DNA of 47,382 bases from Subdoligranulum sp. APC924/74 (GCA_963650905.1 CAVJNC010000001.1:1-47382), one strand, 5' to 3'. Counted from the stretch's first letter, positions 9,014 through 18,709 are shown. The notes: generated by a model from the letters alone, not told the origin. A program made the numbers and translations.

Positions 9014-9445
9014 TTACTTGTTTTGAATATTTGATTTTATGACGTCGATGCAGCGGAGAAAAGTTGTTATCTGCTCTTCGGTCAACCCTTTCACGAGCGA
9101 TTCGTCGTGAGCGTAGATGAACTTGTCGAACTTTTCCACCAGATTTTTTCCTTTTTCGGTGATGACGATTTTTTTATACCTCGCGTCCTCCACGCCGCGG
9201 CGGTCGATCAGTCCTTTCTGCTGCATTGTGGACAGAACCTTCGAGCAAGTGGATTTCGTTACGGACAAAACCTTTTCCAGATCGCATTGAAAAAGGTCTT
9301 TTCCCTCGTTTTCCGTCAGGTATTTCAGGATAAACAAATTCTGTCCTGACACCATATCCTCGCCGAGGGTTGACGTAAATCCGTCGAGTTGTCTCGATAT
9401 TAAATTCTGCAAACTGCGTATTTCCGCGCCGATAAGTCTTTTCAT
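9014..9445 (-). CDS. MarR-family transcriptional regulator
   Basis: 143 aa with a winged-helix core: LFILKYLTENEGKDLFQCDLEKVLSVTKSTCSKVLSTMQQKGLIDR. GGGAGG ribosome-binding site. First gene of the marR-ABC-ABC operon. Confidence 0.85.
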   Translation of the reverse strand: MKRLIGAEIRSLQNLISRQLDGFTSTLGEDMVSGQNLFILKYLTENEGKDLFQCDLEKVLSVTKSTCSKVLSTMQQKGLIDRRGVEDARYKKIVITEKGKNLVEKFDKFIYAHDESLVKGLTEEQITTFLRCIDVIKSNIQNK

Positions 9446-9469
9446 TCCGCGCCTCCCATAAAATTCGCC

Positions 9470-9520
9470 GTCAAACTGTTTGACGTAAAACTATTATACT
9501 CGAAGTTTTGCTTTTGTCAA
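9470..9520 (-). promoter_or_regulatory. marR operon promoter with a downstream palindromic operator
   Basis: Minus strand: TTGACA (9515-9520), 16 nt, TATAAT (9493-9498), then the palindrome GTCAAAC-N-GTTTGAC at 9470-9484. Confidence 0.65.
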
Positions 9521-9559
9521 GCGTTTTATTCTTGTCCGGCATGATTTTTTTAAAAAAAA

Positions 9560-9590
9560 TCGTCGGGGAATCCTTTCGTCATCCCCGACG
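9560..9590 (-). terminator. Intrinsic terminator of the Zn-peptidase gene
   Basis: cgtcggggat/atccccgacg stem followed by a T-run on the minus strand (A-run at 9552-9559 on plus). Confidence 0.7.
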
Positions 9591-9643
9591 TCTGTTGCAA
9601 GCGATTACGTCAAAATCCGCTGAAATACCTGTCTATAAGTCGA

Positions 9644-10366
9644 TTAATCCCTTCTGCGGTTTTTCATCGAGCCGATAATCAGAATGAATCTGAGGAGATA
9701 TAAAAGCGAAACGACCAGCGAAGCCACGTAAGTCATCGCGGCGGCGGTAAGAACCTTTCTCGTTTTTCTCAGTTCGTCGTCGTTCATGACGCCCGTTTCG
9801 GCGAGCATGCGCATGGCTCTTCTCGACGCGTCGAATTCGACGGGGAGAGTGACGAGCGCGAACAGGGTGGAAAGCGAATACAAAGCGACGCCGATCGCTA
9901 TTATCAGATCCGCGGTGTCGGGATTGATCAGAAAACTGAGCAGAACGCCGACCACGGCGACGGGAACGGCAAGCCTCGAGCCGATATTCGTCACGGGGAC
10001 GAGAACGGAGCGGAGCGTGAGCAGAAAAGAACCGGTGTGTTTCTGAACCGCATGCCCGCATTCGTGCGCGGCGACTCCGAGCGACGCTATGTCCGTTCCG
10101 GAATAAACGCTGTCCGAAAGGCTTAAAACGTCCGTGGACGGGTTGTAGTTATCGGTGAGCGAACCGCTTATTCTCCTGATTTCTACCGACCTTATGCCTT
10201 GTCTTTCCAGAAGCATGTCGCTCATTTCGTTCGCCGTCCATTGCGAGGACGACTGAACGCGCGAATATTTTTTGAATCTTGTCGACACGAGAATCTGGCA
10301 GATCAGGGCGAACAGAATGCCGGGGATCACCACGATGTACGACGCGTAATAAATGAAATAAATCAT
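9644..10366 (-). CDS. YugP-like membrane zinc metallopeptidase (Zn_peptidase_2)
   Basis: HExxH motif in AAHECGHAVQ, flanking TM helices, length about 240 aa. Confidence 0.8.
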   Translation of the reverse strand: MIYFIYYASYIVVIPGILFALICQILVSTRFKKYSRVQSSSQWTANEMSDMLLERQGIRSVEIRRISGSLTDNYNPSTDVLSLSDSVYSGTDIASLGVAAHECGHAVQKHTGSFLLTLRSVLVPVTNIGSRLAVPVAVVGVLLSFLINPDTADLIIAIGVALYSLSTLFALVTLPVEFDASRRAMRMLAETGVMNDDELRKTRKVLTAAAMTYVASLVVSLLYLLRFILIIGSMKNRRRD

Positions 10367-10502
10367 AACTTTACCTCTTTAAAAAAATTATATCATATGT
10401 CTGGCGGAATAATTATAAAAATCACGTAAAATTTATTCCGCCGGTTGCGGCGACGATTCGCGCCGTAAAAAACGACCATATAACGACTATATTATATAAC
10501 GA

Positions 10503-11075
10503 TTATATACCGTAAACCCTCGCCTTGAAATTTCTTATCCAGAATTTCGTGTATTCGTAAAGCCTTTCCGGCGTGTTTGCCGAAAAGCCTCTGCAATATT
10601 TGACGTATTCGCATAAAAGCCCGTCGATGAAAACGTTTATTTCGAGTTCTATGTTTTCGCGGTTCACGACGTTTTTGTCGTTGCAACAGATTTCCAGAAA
10701 TTTATTGCTCGCGATCGTCACGAGTTTTTTCGCCGCGAACAGAAAATCGTTGGAATTGCACAAAAGTTTATAGTTTTCGTCGTTTTTCTTTATATAATCG
10801 AAGAACGAATCGGTAAAACTTTCGATATTCTGCGTGCCGATAAGGCGCGTGTCGTCGAAGAACTTGTCGATGAGTTCGTTTTCGTAGTCCTCGGCGACGG
10901 CGTAAACGTCGTCGTAATGCGAATAGAACGTTCCGCGGTTGATGTCCGCGCGATTAACCAGTTCCGTAACGGTTATTTTGTTGATTTCTTTTTTTTCGGA
11001 GAGCATCTCCGCGAACGTCGATTTTATCAGCGCGCGCGTCTTTATCGACGATCTGTTCAGGTTTTTTGCCTTCAT
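10503..11075 (-). CDS. TetR/AcrR-family transcriptional regulator
   Basis: N-terminal HTH: ITVTELVNRADINRGTFYSHYDD. Divergent from the ABC-2 operon. Confidence 0.85.
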   Translation of the reverse strand: MKAKNLNRSSIKTRALIKSTFAEMLSEKKEINKITVTELVNRADINRGTFYSHYDDVYAVAEDYENELIDKFFDDTRLIGTQNIESFTDSFFDYIKKNDENYKLLCNSNDFLFAAKKLVTIASNKFLEICCNDKNVVNRENIELEINVFIDGLLCEYVKYCRGFSANTPERLYEYTKFWIRNFKARVYGI

Positions 11076-11098
11076 TTTATCCTTTTTTACACACCGTA

Positions 11099-11200
11099 TT
11101 CAACACTGTTAATATTTCAACACTGTCGTTAAAATTGTGCTTTTCATTTCCTTTCTTTTGCATTATACTCCTTTGCGTAAAGAATGTCAACAGTGTTGAA
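11099..11200. promoter_or_regulatory. tetR/ABC divergent control region with three copies of a CAACA-N-TGTTG-type operator
   Basis: TTCAACACTGT occurs at 11099-11109 and 11116-11126. The inverted copy GTCAACAGTGTTGAA at 11186-11200 overlaps the -35 box of the tetR promoter (minus strand TTGACA 11185-11190, 17 nt, TATAAT 11162-11167). Confidence 0.6.
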
Positions 11201-11266
11201 TAAATTTTATTTACGGTCGACAAAATAAGGTTTGCATAATGCGGTCGACAAAATACGGAGGTAGCA

Positions 11267-12199
11267 ATGAGCGTAATTAACGTTGAACATCTCACAAAAG
11301 ATTACGGCTTCGGGCGCGGCGTTTTCGACGTAAGCATTCACGTCGAAAAAGGCGAAGTGTTCGGCTTTTTAGGGCCTAACGGCGCGGGTAAGTCCACCAC
11401 GATCCGTCATCTTATGGGATTTTCTCAGCCGGACGACGGCAAAGTCGAAATTTTCGGCAAGCCGACTTTCGGGAAGTATTACGAAATTTTAAAAAACGTC
11501 GGTTATATCCCCGGGGAAGTCGCTCTTCCCGCAGGGCTTACCGGCAAGGAATTTCTGAAAATGATGCAGGATTTAACGGGCATTCACAATGACGAACGAC
11601 TCGGAATGCTTCTCGACCTTTTCGAACTCGACGAAGCGTCTCTTCTCGGCGACGTAAAACGGATGAGTCTCGGGGTGAAGAGAAAACTCGCGGTCGTTTC
11701 GGCGTTTATGTCCGATCCGGAAGTTCTTATTCTCGACGAACCCACGAGCGGACTCGATCCCGTCATGCAGGAGCGGTTCATAGAGTTCATCCACAAGGAA
11801 AAGGAACGCGGCAAAACGATACTTTTATCGAGCCACATATTCTCGGAAATCGATAACACGTGCGACAGAATCGCAATAATCAAGGACGGAAAAATAGTTT
11901 CCGAATTCGTCGCGAACGATTTGAAGCACGCGTCCAAAAAGTACTACACGGTGGACTTTAAAACGGAAGAGGACAAGAAAAAGTTTCTTAAAAGTTCGGT
12001 CGGCATAAAATCGCTGACGATGATAACCGACAAAGAGAAAGAAATTTTCATTTCGATAGAGGACAAGGATTTGTCCGGAACGATAAATCTTCTTTCCGCG
12101 GTCGACGTGACGAAATTCAGCAACAGAAAGGAAAGTCTGGAGGATTACTTCATGAAATTCTATAAGGAAGACAAAGACTTCGGAGGCGCGATAAAATGA
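11267..12199 (+). CDS. ABC transporter ATP-binding protein (ABC-2 type), subunit 1
   Basis: Walker A GPNGAGKST, signature MSLGVKRKL, Walker B LILDEPTSGLD. GGAGG ribosome-binding site. Confidence 0.9.
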   Translation: MSVINVEHLTKDYGFGRGVFDVSIHVEKGEVFGFLGPNGAGKSTTIRHLMGFSQPDDGKVEIFGKPTFGKYYEILKNVGYIPGEVALPAGLTGKEFLKMMQDLTGIHNDERLGMLLDLFELDEASLLGDVKRMSLGVKRKLAVVSAFMSDPEVLILDEPTSGLDPVMQERFIEFIHKEKERGKTILLSSHIFSEIDNTCDRIAIIKDGKIVSEFVANDLKHASKKYYTVDFKTEEDKKKFLKSSVGIKSLTMITDKEKEIFISIEDKDLSGTINLLSAVDVTKFSNRKESLEDYFMKFYKEDKDFGGAIK

Positions 12200-13119
12200 G
12201 CGGAAAAAACGTTATCGAAGTTAAAAACCTGACCAAGGATTACGGTTACGGCAAAGGCGTGTTCAACGTAGACCTTAATATAAAGGAAGGTGAAATGGTC
12301 GGTTTCGTCGGCACGAACGGGAGCGGAAAAACCACGACGATAAGAAGCATTCTCGGGTTTATAAAGCCCACCGGCGGCGAGGCGAAAGTGAACGGACTGA
12401 ATTCGTGGGAACACGCGAGCGAGGTTATAAAAAACGTGGGTTACGTCCCCGGCGAAATAGCCTTTCCCGACCTTAAAACGGGCGTGGATTTCCTCAATTC
12501 TCAAAGGGAATTCCTGAATATGAAGGATATGAATTACGCGAACGAACTCATAGAGAGACTTCAACTCGATCCGCGCGCGAACTTAAAGCGAATGAGCAAA
12601 GGCATGAAGCAGAAAACCGCGCTCGTCGCCGCGCTCATGAACGACGCGCCGATTATAATTCTCGACGAACCCACCACGGGGCTCGATCCTCTTATGAGAG
12701 TGACCTTCCTCGATATCATAAAAGAAGAGCATAAAAAAGGCAAAACCATTTTTATGAGCAGTCATAACTTCGAGGAGTTGGAAGGAATCTGCGACAAAGT
12801 CGCGCTTATAAACGACGGGCATATCGTCGACGTGTGCGACATGAAAACGATAACCGAACCCGCCGAAAAGACGTTCAAGATAGAATTCAACAACGAAAAA
12901 GACTATCTTGATTTCCTCAAAGAGGATTACGTCGTGATAAGAATGCAGGATATTTACAATCAGGCGACTATAAAGATAGGCGCGGACGATACGGCGAAAC
13001 TTCTGAAAACGCTTAACAAATACAGCGTTAAGTTCATTTCGGAAATTCCGTACACTCTGGAAAAACACTTCAAAGAAGTATTAAAAGCAAAACGGGAGAA
13101 TACAGAAAATGTTCAGTAA
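12196..13119 (+). CDS. ABC transporter ATP-binding protein (ABC-2 type), subunit 2
   Basis: Walker A GTNGSGKTT, signature MSKGMKQK, Walker B IILDEPTTGLD. ATGA overlap with the upstream gene. Confidence 0.9.
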   Translation: MSGKNVIEVKNLTKDYGYGKGVFNVDLNIKEGEMVGFVGTNGSGKTTTIRSILGFIKPTGGEAKVNGLNSWEHASEVIKNVGYVPGEIAFPDLKTGVDFLNSQREFLNMKDMNYANELIERLQLDPRANLKRMSKGMKQKTALVAALMNDAPIIILDEPTTGLDPLMRVTFLDIIKEEHKKGKTIFMSSHNFEELEGICDKVALINDGHIVDVCDMKTITEPAEKTFKIEFNNEKDYLDFLKEDYVVIRMQDIYNQATIKIGADDTAKLLKTLNKYSVKFISEIPYTLEKHFKEVLKAKRENTENVQ

Positions 13120-14749
13120 AGCGTTATTTAAACAATCTTGTAAAGCAAACGGCGTCATGTGGTCGATAATAACATTCGCGGTGTGCTTCATGCTCGCGTG
13201 CGTAATGCTCATCAGCGGTAACGGCGACATCGGCGACACGAAAAACGCCATCGAAGACACCATAATTCAGAAAGAAATCGACGCGGCGATAGAAGAACGC
13301 GCGATAAATTACTATTCGCTTTCCGACAGCGCGCTCACGACTTTCGATAAGGAATATATCGCGGCGTTCGACAAAGCGGAATATATTCAGACGGTAACAG
13401 CCCTTATGGCGAACGGAAAATCCGAAAGCGAAGCGAAAACCTCGGCGGCGAGCAAATATTACGTCGTCGCCGCGATGAAAGTAAAATTCGCCGCGCAGCA
13501 GAAAGCGGTCGACCTCGGATACGGCGACGACGAGAATAAAACTCAGGAAATAGTCGGCGTTTCGATGTTCGCGCTCGATCCCTCACTCATAGAAGAGGGC
13601 AGCAAAGAACTTTACGACTCCTATCTCGAAAAAACGGACGATATTCTCGCCGATTACGACGTTGCTTCGCTCGTGGCTTACGCGATGCAGGACAAAGGCG
13701 AAGAATATATAACGTCTATCGAGAGAAGGGATTACGTTTCCACCCGCGCGGAAAAAGCGAGCGCGAATTTCATCGCTTTGAATATGGTCTCGGATAAAGC
13801 TGTGAACGAAATGATAAAAACTTTATCTTCTTACGGCGTAACGCTTGAAAAATATAACGGATTCGGGTATAATTATAATAACGTGAAAAAACTTGCCCGC
13901 AACACGGTAATCACTTACAGTAATCGTCTCGAATACGAACTCGCCGAACTTAAAACCAAGTACGCGTCCGGCGGATTCTCTTCCGAAGAAGAATACGAGG
14001 CGGCGGTTAAAAAGACCAACGAAGATCTCGTAAAAGACATATCGGGGAGTCTGCTCGATTCGCTTCCCGCGGAAGTGAGCGACGCTCTCGAAGAAGTCGG
14101 TCAGGCGGATTTGTACACGCTCATAGTCGGCTCGATATTCTATAAACTCGCCGGTCTGTTGCTCCCCATAATCTATATGATCATGGCTTCCAACAACCTT
14201 ATCTCGGGGCAGGTGGACAGCGGCTCTATGGCTTACGTTTTATCCACTTCCGTCAAGAGAAAAACGGTCGCGTTCACTCAGGCGGTTTACCTTATCGGTT
14301 CGCTCCTCGCAATGTTCGCGCTCACCACGGTAACCGGTTGCGTGTGCCTCTCGATAGTGGGAACGGACGTCGGTCTGACTTACGGAAATCTGTTGCTTCT
14401 CAATCTCGGCGCGTTCCTCGTGTTGTTCGCTCTTTCGGGACTTAACTTCTTCACGTCGTGCTATTTCGACAGAAGCAAACGCTCGATGGCGATCGGCGGC
14501 GGACTCAGTATATTCGCGCTCGTCGCGGCCATGCTCGGATTGTTCGGCAGCCCCGTGATTCCCTCGGTCATTCGTCTCGATTCGCTTAATTATTTCAACT
14601 ATACGACGATAATCACAATGTTCGACGTGGTCTCCATAATGGACGGAACGACCGTGTTTATCTGGAAATTCGCGATTCTCGCGGTACTCGGAATAATCGG
14701 GCTTATAGCGGGTTCTATGAAATTCACGAAGAAAGATCTGCCGCTTTAA
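13109..14749 (+). CDS. ABC-2 type permease with a large (~300 aa) extracytoplasmic domain
   Basis: One N-terminal TM helix, a long hydrophilic Ala/Glu/Lys-rich domain, then five or more C-terminal TM helices. Overlaps the ATPase gene by 11 nt. Confidence 0.75.
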   Translation: MFSKALFKQSCKANGVMWSIITFAVCFMLACVMLISGNGDIGDTKNAIEDTIIQKEIDAAIEERAINYYSLSDSALTTFDKEYIAAFDKAEYIQTVTALMANGKSESEAKTSAASKYYVVAAMKVKFAAQQKAVDLGYGDDENKTQEIVGVSMFALDPSLIEEGSKELYDSYLEKTDDILADYDVASLVAYAMQDKGEEYITSIERRDYVSTRAEKASANFIALNMVSDKAVNEMIKTLSSYGVTLEKYNGFGYNYNNVKKLARNTVITYSNRLEYELAELKTKYASGGFSSEEEYEAAVKKTNEDLVKDISGSLLDSLPAEVSDALEEVGQADLYTLIVGSIFYKLAGLLLPIIYMIMASNNLISGQVDSGSMAYVLSTSVKRKTVAFTQAVYLIGSLLAMFALTTVTGCVCLSIVGTDVGLTYGNLLLLNLGAFLVLFALSGLNFFTSCYFDRSKRSMAIGGGLSIFALVAAMLGLFGSPVIPSVIRLDSLNYFNYTTIITMFDVVSIMDGTTVFIWKFAILAVLGIIGLIAGSMKFTKKDLPL

Positions 14750-14823
14750 AATTACGAAAAACACATAAAGATTACGAAAAATATATAAAGCGAAAACGCT
14801 TTTAAAAAAAAAGGAGAGTAAAA

Positions 14824-15276
14824 ATGTTTGAATTCAACAAAGTAATGAAAGATTACGAAAACCTCAACGCCATCGAACGCGGACTGATGCTTACCGAAAA
14901 ATCCGTAAGCATTCTCGCAAAACTTTCCGCTCTCGATATCGACGGACTCGATCCCGTCGGAACGCTCGCGTCGTTCATAATCGGCTCGGTCGTTGCGGAC
15001 GGAAGACTGCACGAGAAGGAATATCTTCTCATCTATCCCGCGCTCGTAAAGGTTTTCGGCAGCGATTTCGATTACGAGAGCATCAAAAAGGAGTTCGAGG
15101 CCGATAAGGACGGAAGAAAGGATATCGCGAAGTACACGACCGATCTTATCCGTATTCTCGAGGCGGCGGACGAAAGTCTTTATGAGGACGTAATCATTCT
15201 CTGCCTTTGCGTCGTCACGATAGACGGCAAGGTTTCTCTGAGAGAGAAAAACTACATTAAACGCCTTATAGCGTAA
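14824..15276 (+). CDS. TerB-like (tellurite-resistance TerB/DjlA N-domain fold) protein
   Basis: Two copies of the ADG/IDGxxxxxE(K)xY motif (VADGRLHEKEY and IDGKVSLREKNY). AAAGGAGAG ribosome-binding site. Confidence 0.55.
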   Translation: MFEFNKVMKDYENLNAIERGLMLTEKSVSILAKLSALDIDGLDPVGTLASFIIGSVVADGRLHEKEYLLIYPALVKVFGSDFDYESIKKEFEADKDGRKDIAKYTTDLIRILEAADESLYEDVIILCLCVVTIDGKVSLREKNYIKRLIA

Positions 15277-15301
15277 CGTCTGCAACGCGATTACATTCGA
15301 A

Positions 15302-15327
15302 AGCCGCCCCTTTTCGGGGCGGCTTTT
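15302..15327 (+). terminator. Intrinsic terminator
   Basis: agccgcccc-tttt-cggggcggct followed by TTT. Confidence 0.7.
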
Positions 15328-15347
15328 GCGTTTTCTCGTTCATACGT

Positions 15348-15376
15348 TTGACAGACGACTACGGAAAAGTTATACT
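15348..15376 (+). promoter_or_regulatory. Promoter of the yoaK-like gene
   Basis: TTGACA, 17 nt, TATACT. Confidence 0.6.
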
Positions 15377-15408
15377 GTGAATACGGCTCCGCGAGCCGGG
15401 GAGATGCG

Positions 15409-16086
15409 ATGCCTATGAAAAAAACGAACGACGAAATATCTCAATCGATGTTTGTGCTTTTGCCGATAATAACTTCGGCGGGATTGCACGACGCGTATTC
15501 TTTTTTCTGCCGCGGCGGCGTTTTTGCCAACGCGCAGACGGGGAACATAGTGCTTCTTTGCATGAATATCGTGAGCGGCAACGCGGAGGGAATCGTGAAA
15601 TATCTCGTGCCGCTGACGTTCTTTACGCTCGGCGTGATTCTTGCAAAAACGTTGTTTTTCGTCATCGGCGAAAAGAAAATATTCTGGAAACAGGCGGTTC
15701 TGCTCGTCGAAGCGGTCGCGCTGTTATCGGTCGGATTTATGCCGCGGAGCATGGATTTATACGCGAACGCGATCGTGTCGTTCGCCTGCGCGATGCAGGT
15801 GCATACCTTCAACAAAATTTACGGCAACGCTTTCGCAAGCACGATGTGCATAGGCAATCTCGCGCGCGTGTCGGACACGTTCGTAACGGCGATCGCGAAA
15901 AAAGACAAAGAGGCTTGGAGAAGTTGCGGGTTGTACTTCGCGGCGATAGTCGTATTCGCCGTCGGGGCGACCGCGGGCTATCTGTTGCAGAAAGCGTTCG
16001 GCAGTTATACGATAATGTTTTCCGCCGCGCTCGTTTTTTTGGCGTCGTTCGCCTTTATCGGCAAAAAAGATTGCTTCAAGGCTTGA
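15409..16086 (+). CDS. YoaK/DUF1275-family membrane protein
   Basis: SAGLHDAYSFFCRGGVFANAQTGNIVLL matches the DUF1275 signature (F.s.qTGN). About six TM helices. Confidence 0.7.
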   Translation: MPMKKTNDEISQSMFVLLPIITSAGLHDAYSFFCRGGVFANAQTGNIVLLCMNIVSGNAEGIVKYLVPLTFFTLGVILAKTLFFVIGEKKIFWKQAVLLVEAVALLSVGFMPRSMDLYANAIVSFACAMQVHTFNKIYGNAFASTMCIGNLARVSDTFVTAIAKKDKEAWRSCGLYFAAIVVFAVGATAGYLLQKAFGSYTIMFSAALVFLASFAFIGKKDCFKA

Positions 16087-16127
16087 TTGAAAACAGAAAT
16101 ATGCCGACGATTACGCGCGCGGAAAAA

Positions 16128-16219
16128 TCATTCCGCATAGACCGGATCGTCGGCTTTTTGTTTGCCGTCCGGATCATTCCGCATAGATCGGATCGTCGGT
16201 TTTTTGCTTGCCGTCCGGC
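16128..16219. repeat. 2 x 46-nt tandem duplication spanning the MATE stop codon
   Basis: Copies at 16128-16173 and 16174-16219 differ at about 4 positions. The second copy encodes the real C-terminus (...KQKTDDPIYAE*). Confidence 0.9.
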
Positions 16220-17535
16220 CATTTCGAGGTTAAATACAAAACAATGGAAAGTATCGCGGCGATCGTCCAGCCGATGGGCCACGATATCCAGATTCCCGTC
16301 GTGCCGAGAGCGGTACGCGAAAGAATTTCTGCAAGCGCGACGCGCAGGATAAGGTCCGTAAACGTCGTTACCATAAACTTTTTCATCAGTCCCGCGCCGC
16401 GCAGAATGCCGTCCGAAACGATTTTCGCCGCCACGATGAAATAGAAAGGCGACACGATACGCAAAAACATCACGCCCGTTTCCATCGCTTCGCCCGCAGG
16501 ACTGTCGAGAAATATGAACACGAGCCATTTCCCCGCGAATTCATAAAGCAGAACAAGCGGCACGCAAAGAACCCAGACGAGTTTCAGTCCGGCGGGGAAG
16601 CCCGCTTTCACGCGGTCGAATTTCGCCGCGCCCATGTTCTGCGCCGTGAAGTTCGATATGCCGTTCCCGAGCGTGGTAAGCGACGTGATCATCATGTTGT
16701 TGAGTTTTACCGCCGCGGAATATCCCGCCATAACCGCCGCGCCGAACGAGTTGATTATGCTCTGTATCACGATATTTCCCACGGAAATAAAACTTTGTTG
16801 AAGAATGCTCGGCACCGCTACGCTTGAAAAACTGCCGAAAAGTTGCCACGAAAACACTTTGATTTTGCCTTCGGTTCTGATTTTGCGGAATCTGAAAAAA
16901 ACCACGACGAGGGCGAGTACGCAACTTATGCCCTGACACAAAAACGTTGCCCACGCCACGCCCGCGACTCCCATTTTAAACGCCGTGACGAAAAGGATAT
17001 CAACGCCGATATTCGCAAGAGAAGAGCAGGCGAGGAAGATAAACGGGGTTTTCGAATCCCCGAGAGCGGAGAAAATACCCGTCGCCACGTTATAGAAAAA
17101 GACGAAAGGCAAGCCCCAGATATATATGTCGAGATACAATTCGGAATCGGCGAAAACCTCTTCGGGCGTTTTGATAAGGCGGAGCAGTCCGTCGGAAAAG
17201 ACAAGGCCGATCGTCATGAGCAGAACGCATATCGCGCCGCTCGCGATCAACGCCGTATACACTGCGCTTTTAAGGTCGTTATAACGTTTCGCGCCGAAAA
17301 GTTGCGCCGCCAGAACCGAACAGCCGATATTGCAACCGAAAGCGAACGCGATGAAAATCAACGTAATTTCGTAACTGTTACCGACTGCCGCAAGAGCGTT
17401 GTCGCTGATGAACTTCCCCGCGACGAAACTGTCGGCTATGTTGTAAAGTTGCTGAAATATTATGCTGCCGAAAAGAGGAAGACAGAACTTGCAGAGAACG
17501 CTTTCCGGTTTTCCTTCCGTTAAATCTTTGTTCAT
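16174..17535 (-). CDS. MATE-family multidrug efflux transporter
   Basis: 453 aa, 12 TM helices. N-terminus (LPLFGSIIFQQLYNIADSFVAGKF) is typical of MatE. Confidence 0.85.
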   Translation of the reverse strand: MNKDLTEGKPESVLCKFCLPLFGSIIFQQLYNIADSFVAGKFISDNALAAVGNSYEITLIFIAFAFGCNIGCSVLAAQLFGAKRYNDLKSAVYTALIASGAICVLLMTIGLVFSDGLLRLIKTPEEVFADSELYLDIYIWGLPFVFFYNVATGIFSALGDSKTPFIFLACSSLANIGVDILFVTAFKMGVAGVAWATFLCQGISCVLALVVVFFRFRKIRTEGKIKVFSWQLFGSFSSVAVPSILQQSFISVGNIVIQSIINSFGAAVMAGYSAAVKLNNMMITSLTTLGNGISNFTAQNMGAAKFDRVKAGFPAGLKLVWVLCVPLVLLYEFAGKWLVFIFLDSPAGEAMETGVMFLRIVSPFYFIVAAKIVSDGILRGAGLMKKFMVTTFTDLILRVALAEILSRTALGTTGIWISWPIGWTIAAILSIVLYLTSKWPDGKQKTDDPIYAE

Positions 17536-17589
17536 TTGTTTATTATCTCCGGAATTTTTAAAAAGTTATCGAAAACAACGCGTTTGTCG

Positions 17590-17640
17590 TTGACTTTTTT
17601 TTAACTCAGATAGTATAATCCGATTGTCTGTATATGTAAA
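17590..17640. promoter_or_regulatory. Face-to-face overlapping divergent promoters (lysR on plus, MATE on minus)
   Basis: Plus strand: TTGACT (17590-17595), 18 nt, TATAAT (17614-17619). Minus strand: TTTACA (17635-17640), 17 nt, TATACT (17612-17617). The two -10 boxes overlap. Confidence 0.55.
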
Positions 17641-17695
17641 ATACTTAATTCATATGGTTGTTATATCGGAAACATATTGCAAAAGGGACGCGGTT

Positions 17696-18571
17696 ATGTA
17701 CGTAAATTACGAATATTACAGAGTTTTTTATTACGTCGCCAAATACGGAAGCATTACGCAGGCGGCGAGAATTCTTTTCAACAATCAACCCAATCTGACG
17801 CGTACCGTGAAAACGTTGGAAAACGAACTCGGTTGTCCGCTTTTTATCCGCAGCAACCGCGGCGTTAAACTCACGCCGGAGGGCGGTCGCCTTTACGAGC
17901 GCGTGCGCGTCGCGTTCGAAAACATCGAGGCAGCCGAAGCCGAGATAACGGAAAGCAGAAATTTAAAAACGGGCGTGGTTTACGTGGCGGCGAGCGAAGT
18001 GGCTCTGCATTGCGTTCTTCTCCCCGCGCTTAAACGATACCGCGCGTTGTATCCGGGCATAAAACTGAAAATAAGCAATCATTCTACTCCGCAGGCGGTC
18101 GACGCAATAAAAAACGGCATCGCGGATATCGCCGTGGTTACGACGCCCACTTTGCCGTCCTCCGCGATCGAAGAGATCACCGTGCGGAAATTCAGGGAAG
18201 TCGCCGTGCGCGGTCACTCTTTTGCGGAACTTTCGGGGCGCAGGGTAAGTTTTGCGGAACTGCTCGCGAATCCCGTGATTTCGCTCGGAACGCAGACGAA
18301 AACGTATGAATTTTATTCGGACTTTTTCGCGAAAGAAGGTCTGAGTTTCCGTCCGGAAACGGAAGCCGCCACCGCCGACCAGATTCTGCCTATGGTCAAA
18401 GCCGATCTCGGAATAGGATTCGTTCCCGAAGAATTTCTGGAAGGAGTCGACAGAGTGTCGGTTATAGAAACGGAAAAACCGCTTCCGGAGCGTGAAATAC
18501 GCCTTCTGAAGCGGCGCGAACAACCGCTCGGAATGGCGGCGAAAGAACTCGAAAAGTTGATTCTGGAATAA
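17696..18571 (+). CDS. LysR-family transcriptional regulator
   Basis: HTH: YRVFYYVAKYGSITQAARILFNNQPNLTRTVKTLENELGCPLF. Start at ATG 17696. Divergent from the MATE gene. Confidence 0.85.
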   Translation: MYVNYEYYRVFYYVAKYGSITQAARILFNNQPNLTRTVKTLENELGCPLFIRSNRGVKLTPEGGRLYERVRVAFENIEAAEAEITESRNLKTGVVYVAASEVALHCVLLPALKRYRALYPGIKLKISNHSTPQAVDAIKNGIADIAVVTTPTLPSSAIEEITVRKFREVAVRGHSFAELSGRRVSFAELLANPVISLGTQTKTYEFYSDFFAKEGLSFRPETEAATADQILPMVKADLGIGFVPEEFLEGVDRVSVIETEKPLPEREIRLLKRREQPLGMAAKELEKLILE

Positions 18572-18595
18572 TTCCGCAATATATCTTGCCGAAAA

Positions 18596-18630
18596 CAAGG
18601 CGGCTGCGCAAAACGCAGCCGCCTTGTTTT
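18596..18630. terminator. Bidirectional intrinsic terminator
   Basis: caaggcggctgcg-caaaa-cgcagccgccttg forms a 13-bp stem, flanked by AAAA and TTTT, between convergent lysR and potD. Confidence 0.8.
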
Positions 18631-18709
18631 CATATTAAATTTAAATCCATAACAGAAGAGCCGGTTCGCGCGGTCGCCTTGTTTTCATATCGGAAGAAAT
18701 CGCCGACGA

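Noticed and set aside
11077-11295. 72-aa ORF in the tetR/ABC intergenic region
   Set aside because: It spans the promoter and operator region and overlaps the ABC start. It has no ribosome-binding site, and its hydrophobic, low-information sequence is consistent with AT-rich regulatory DNA.
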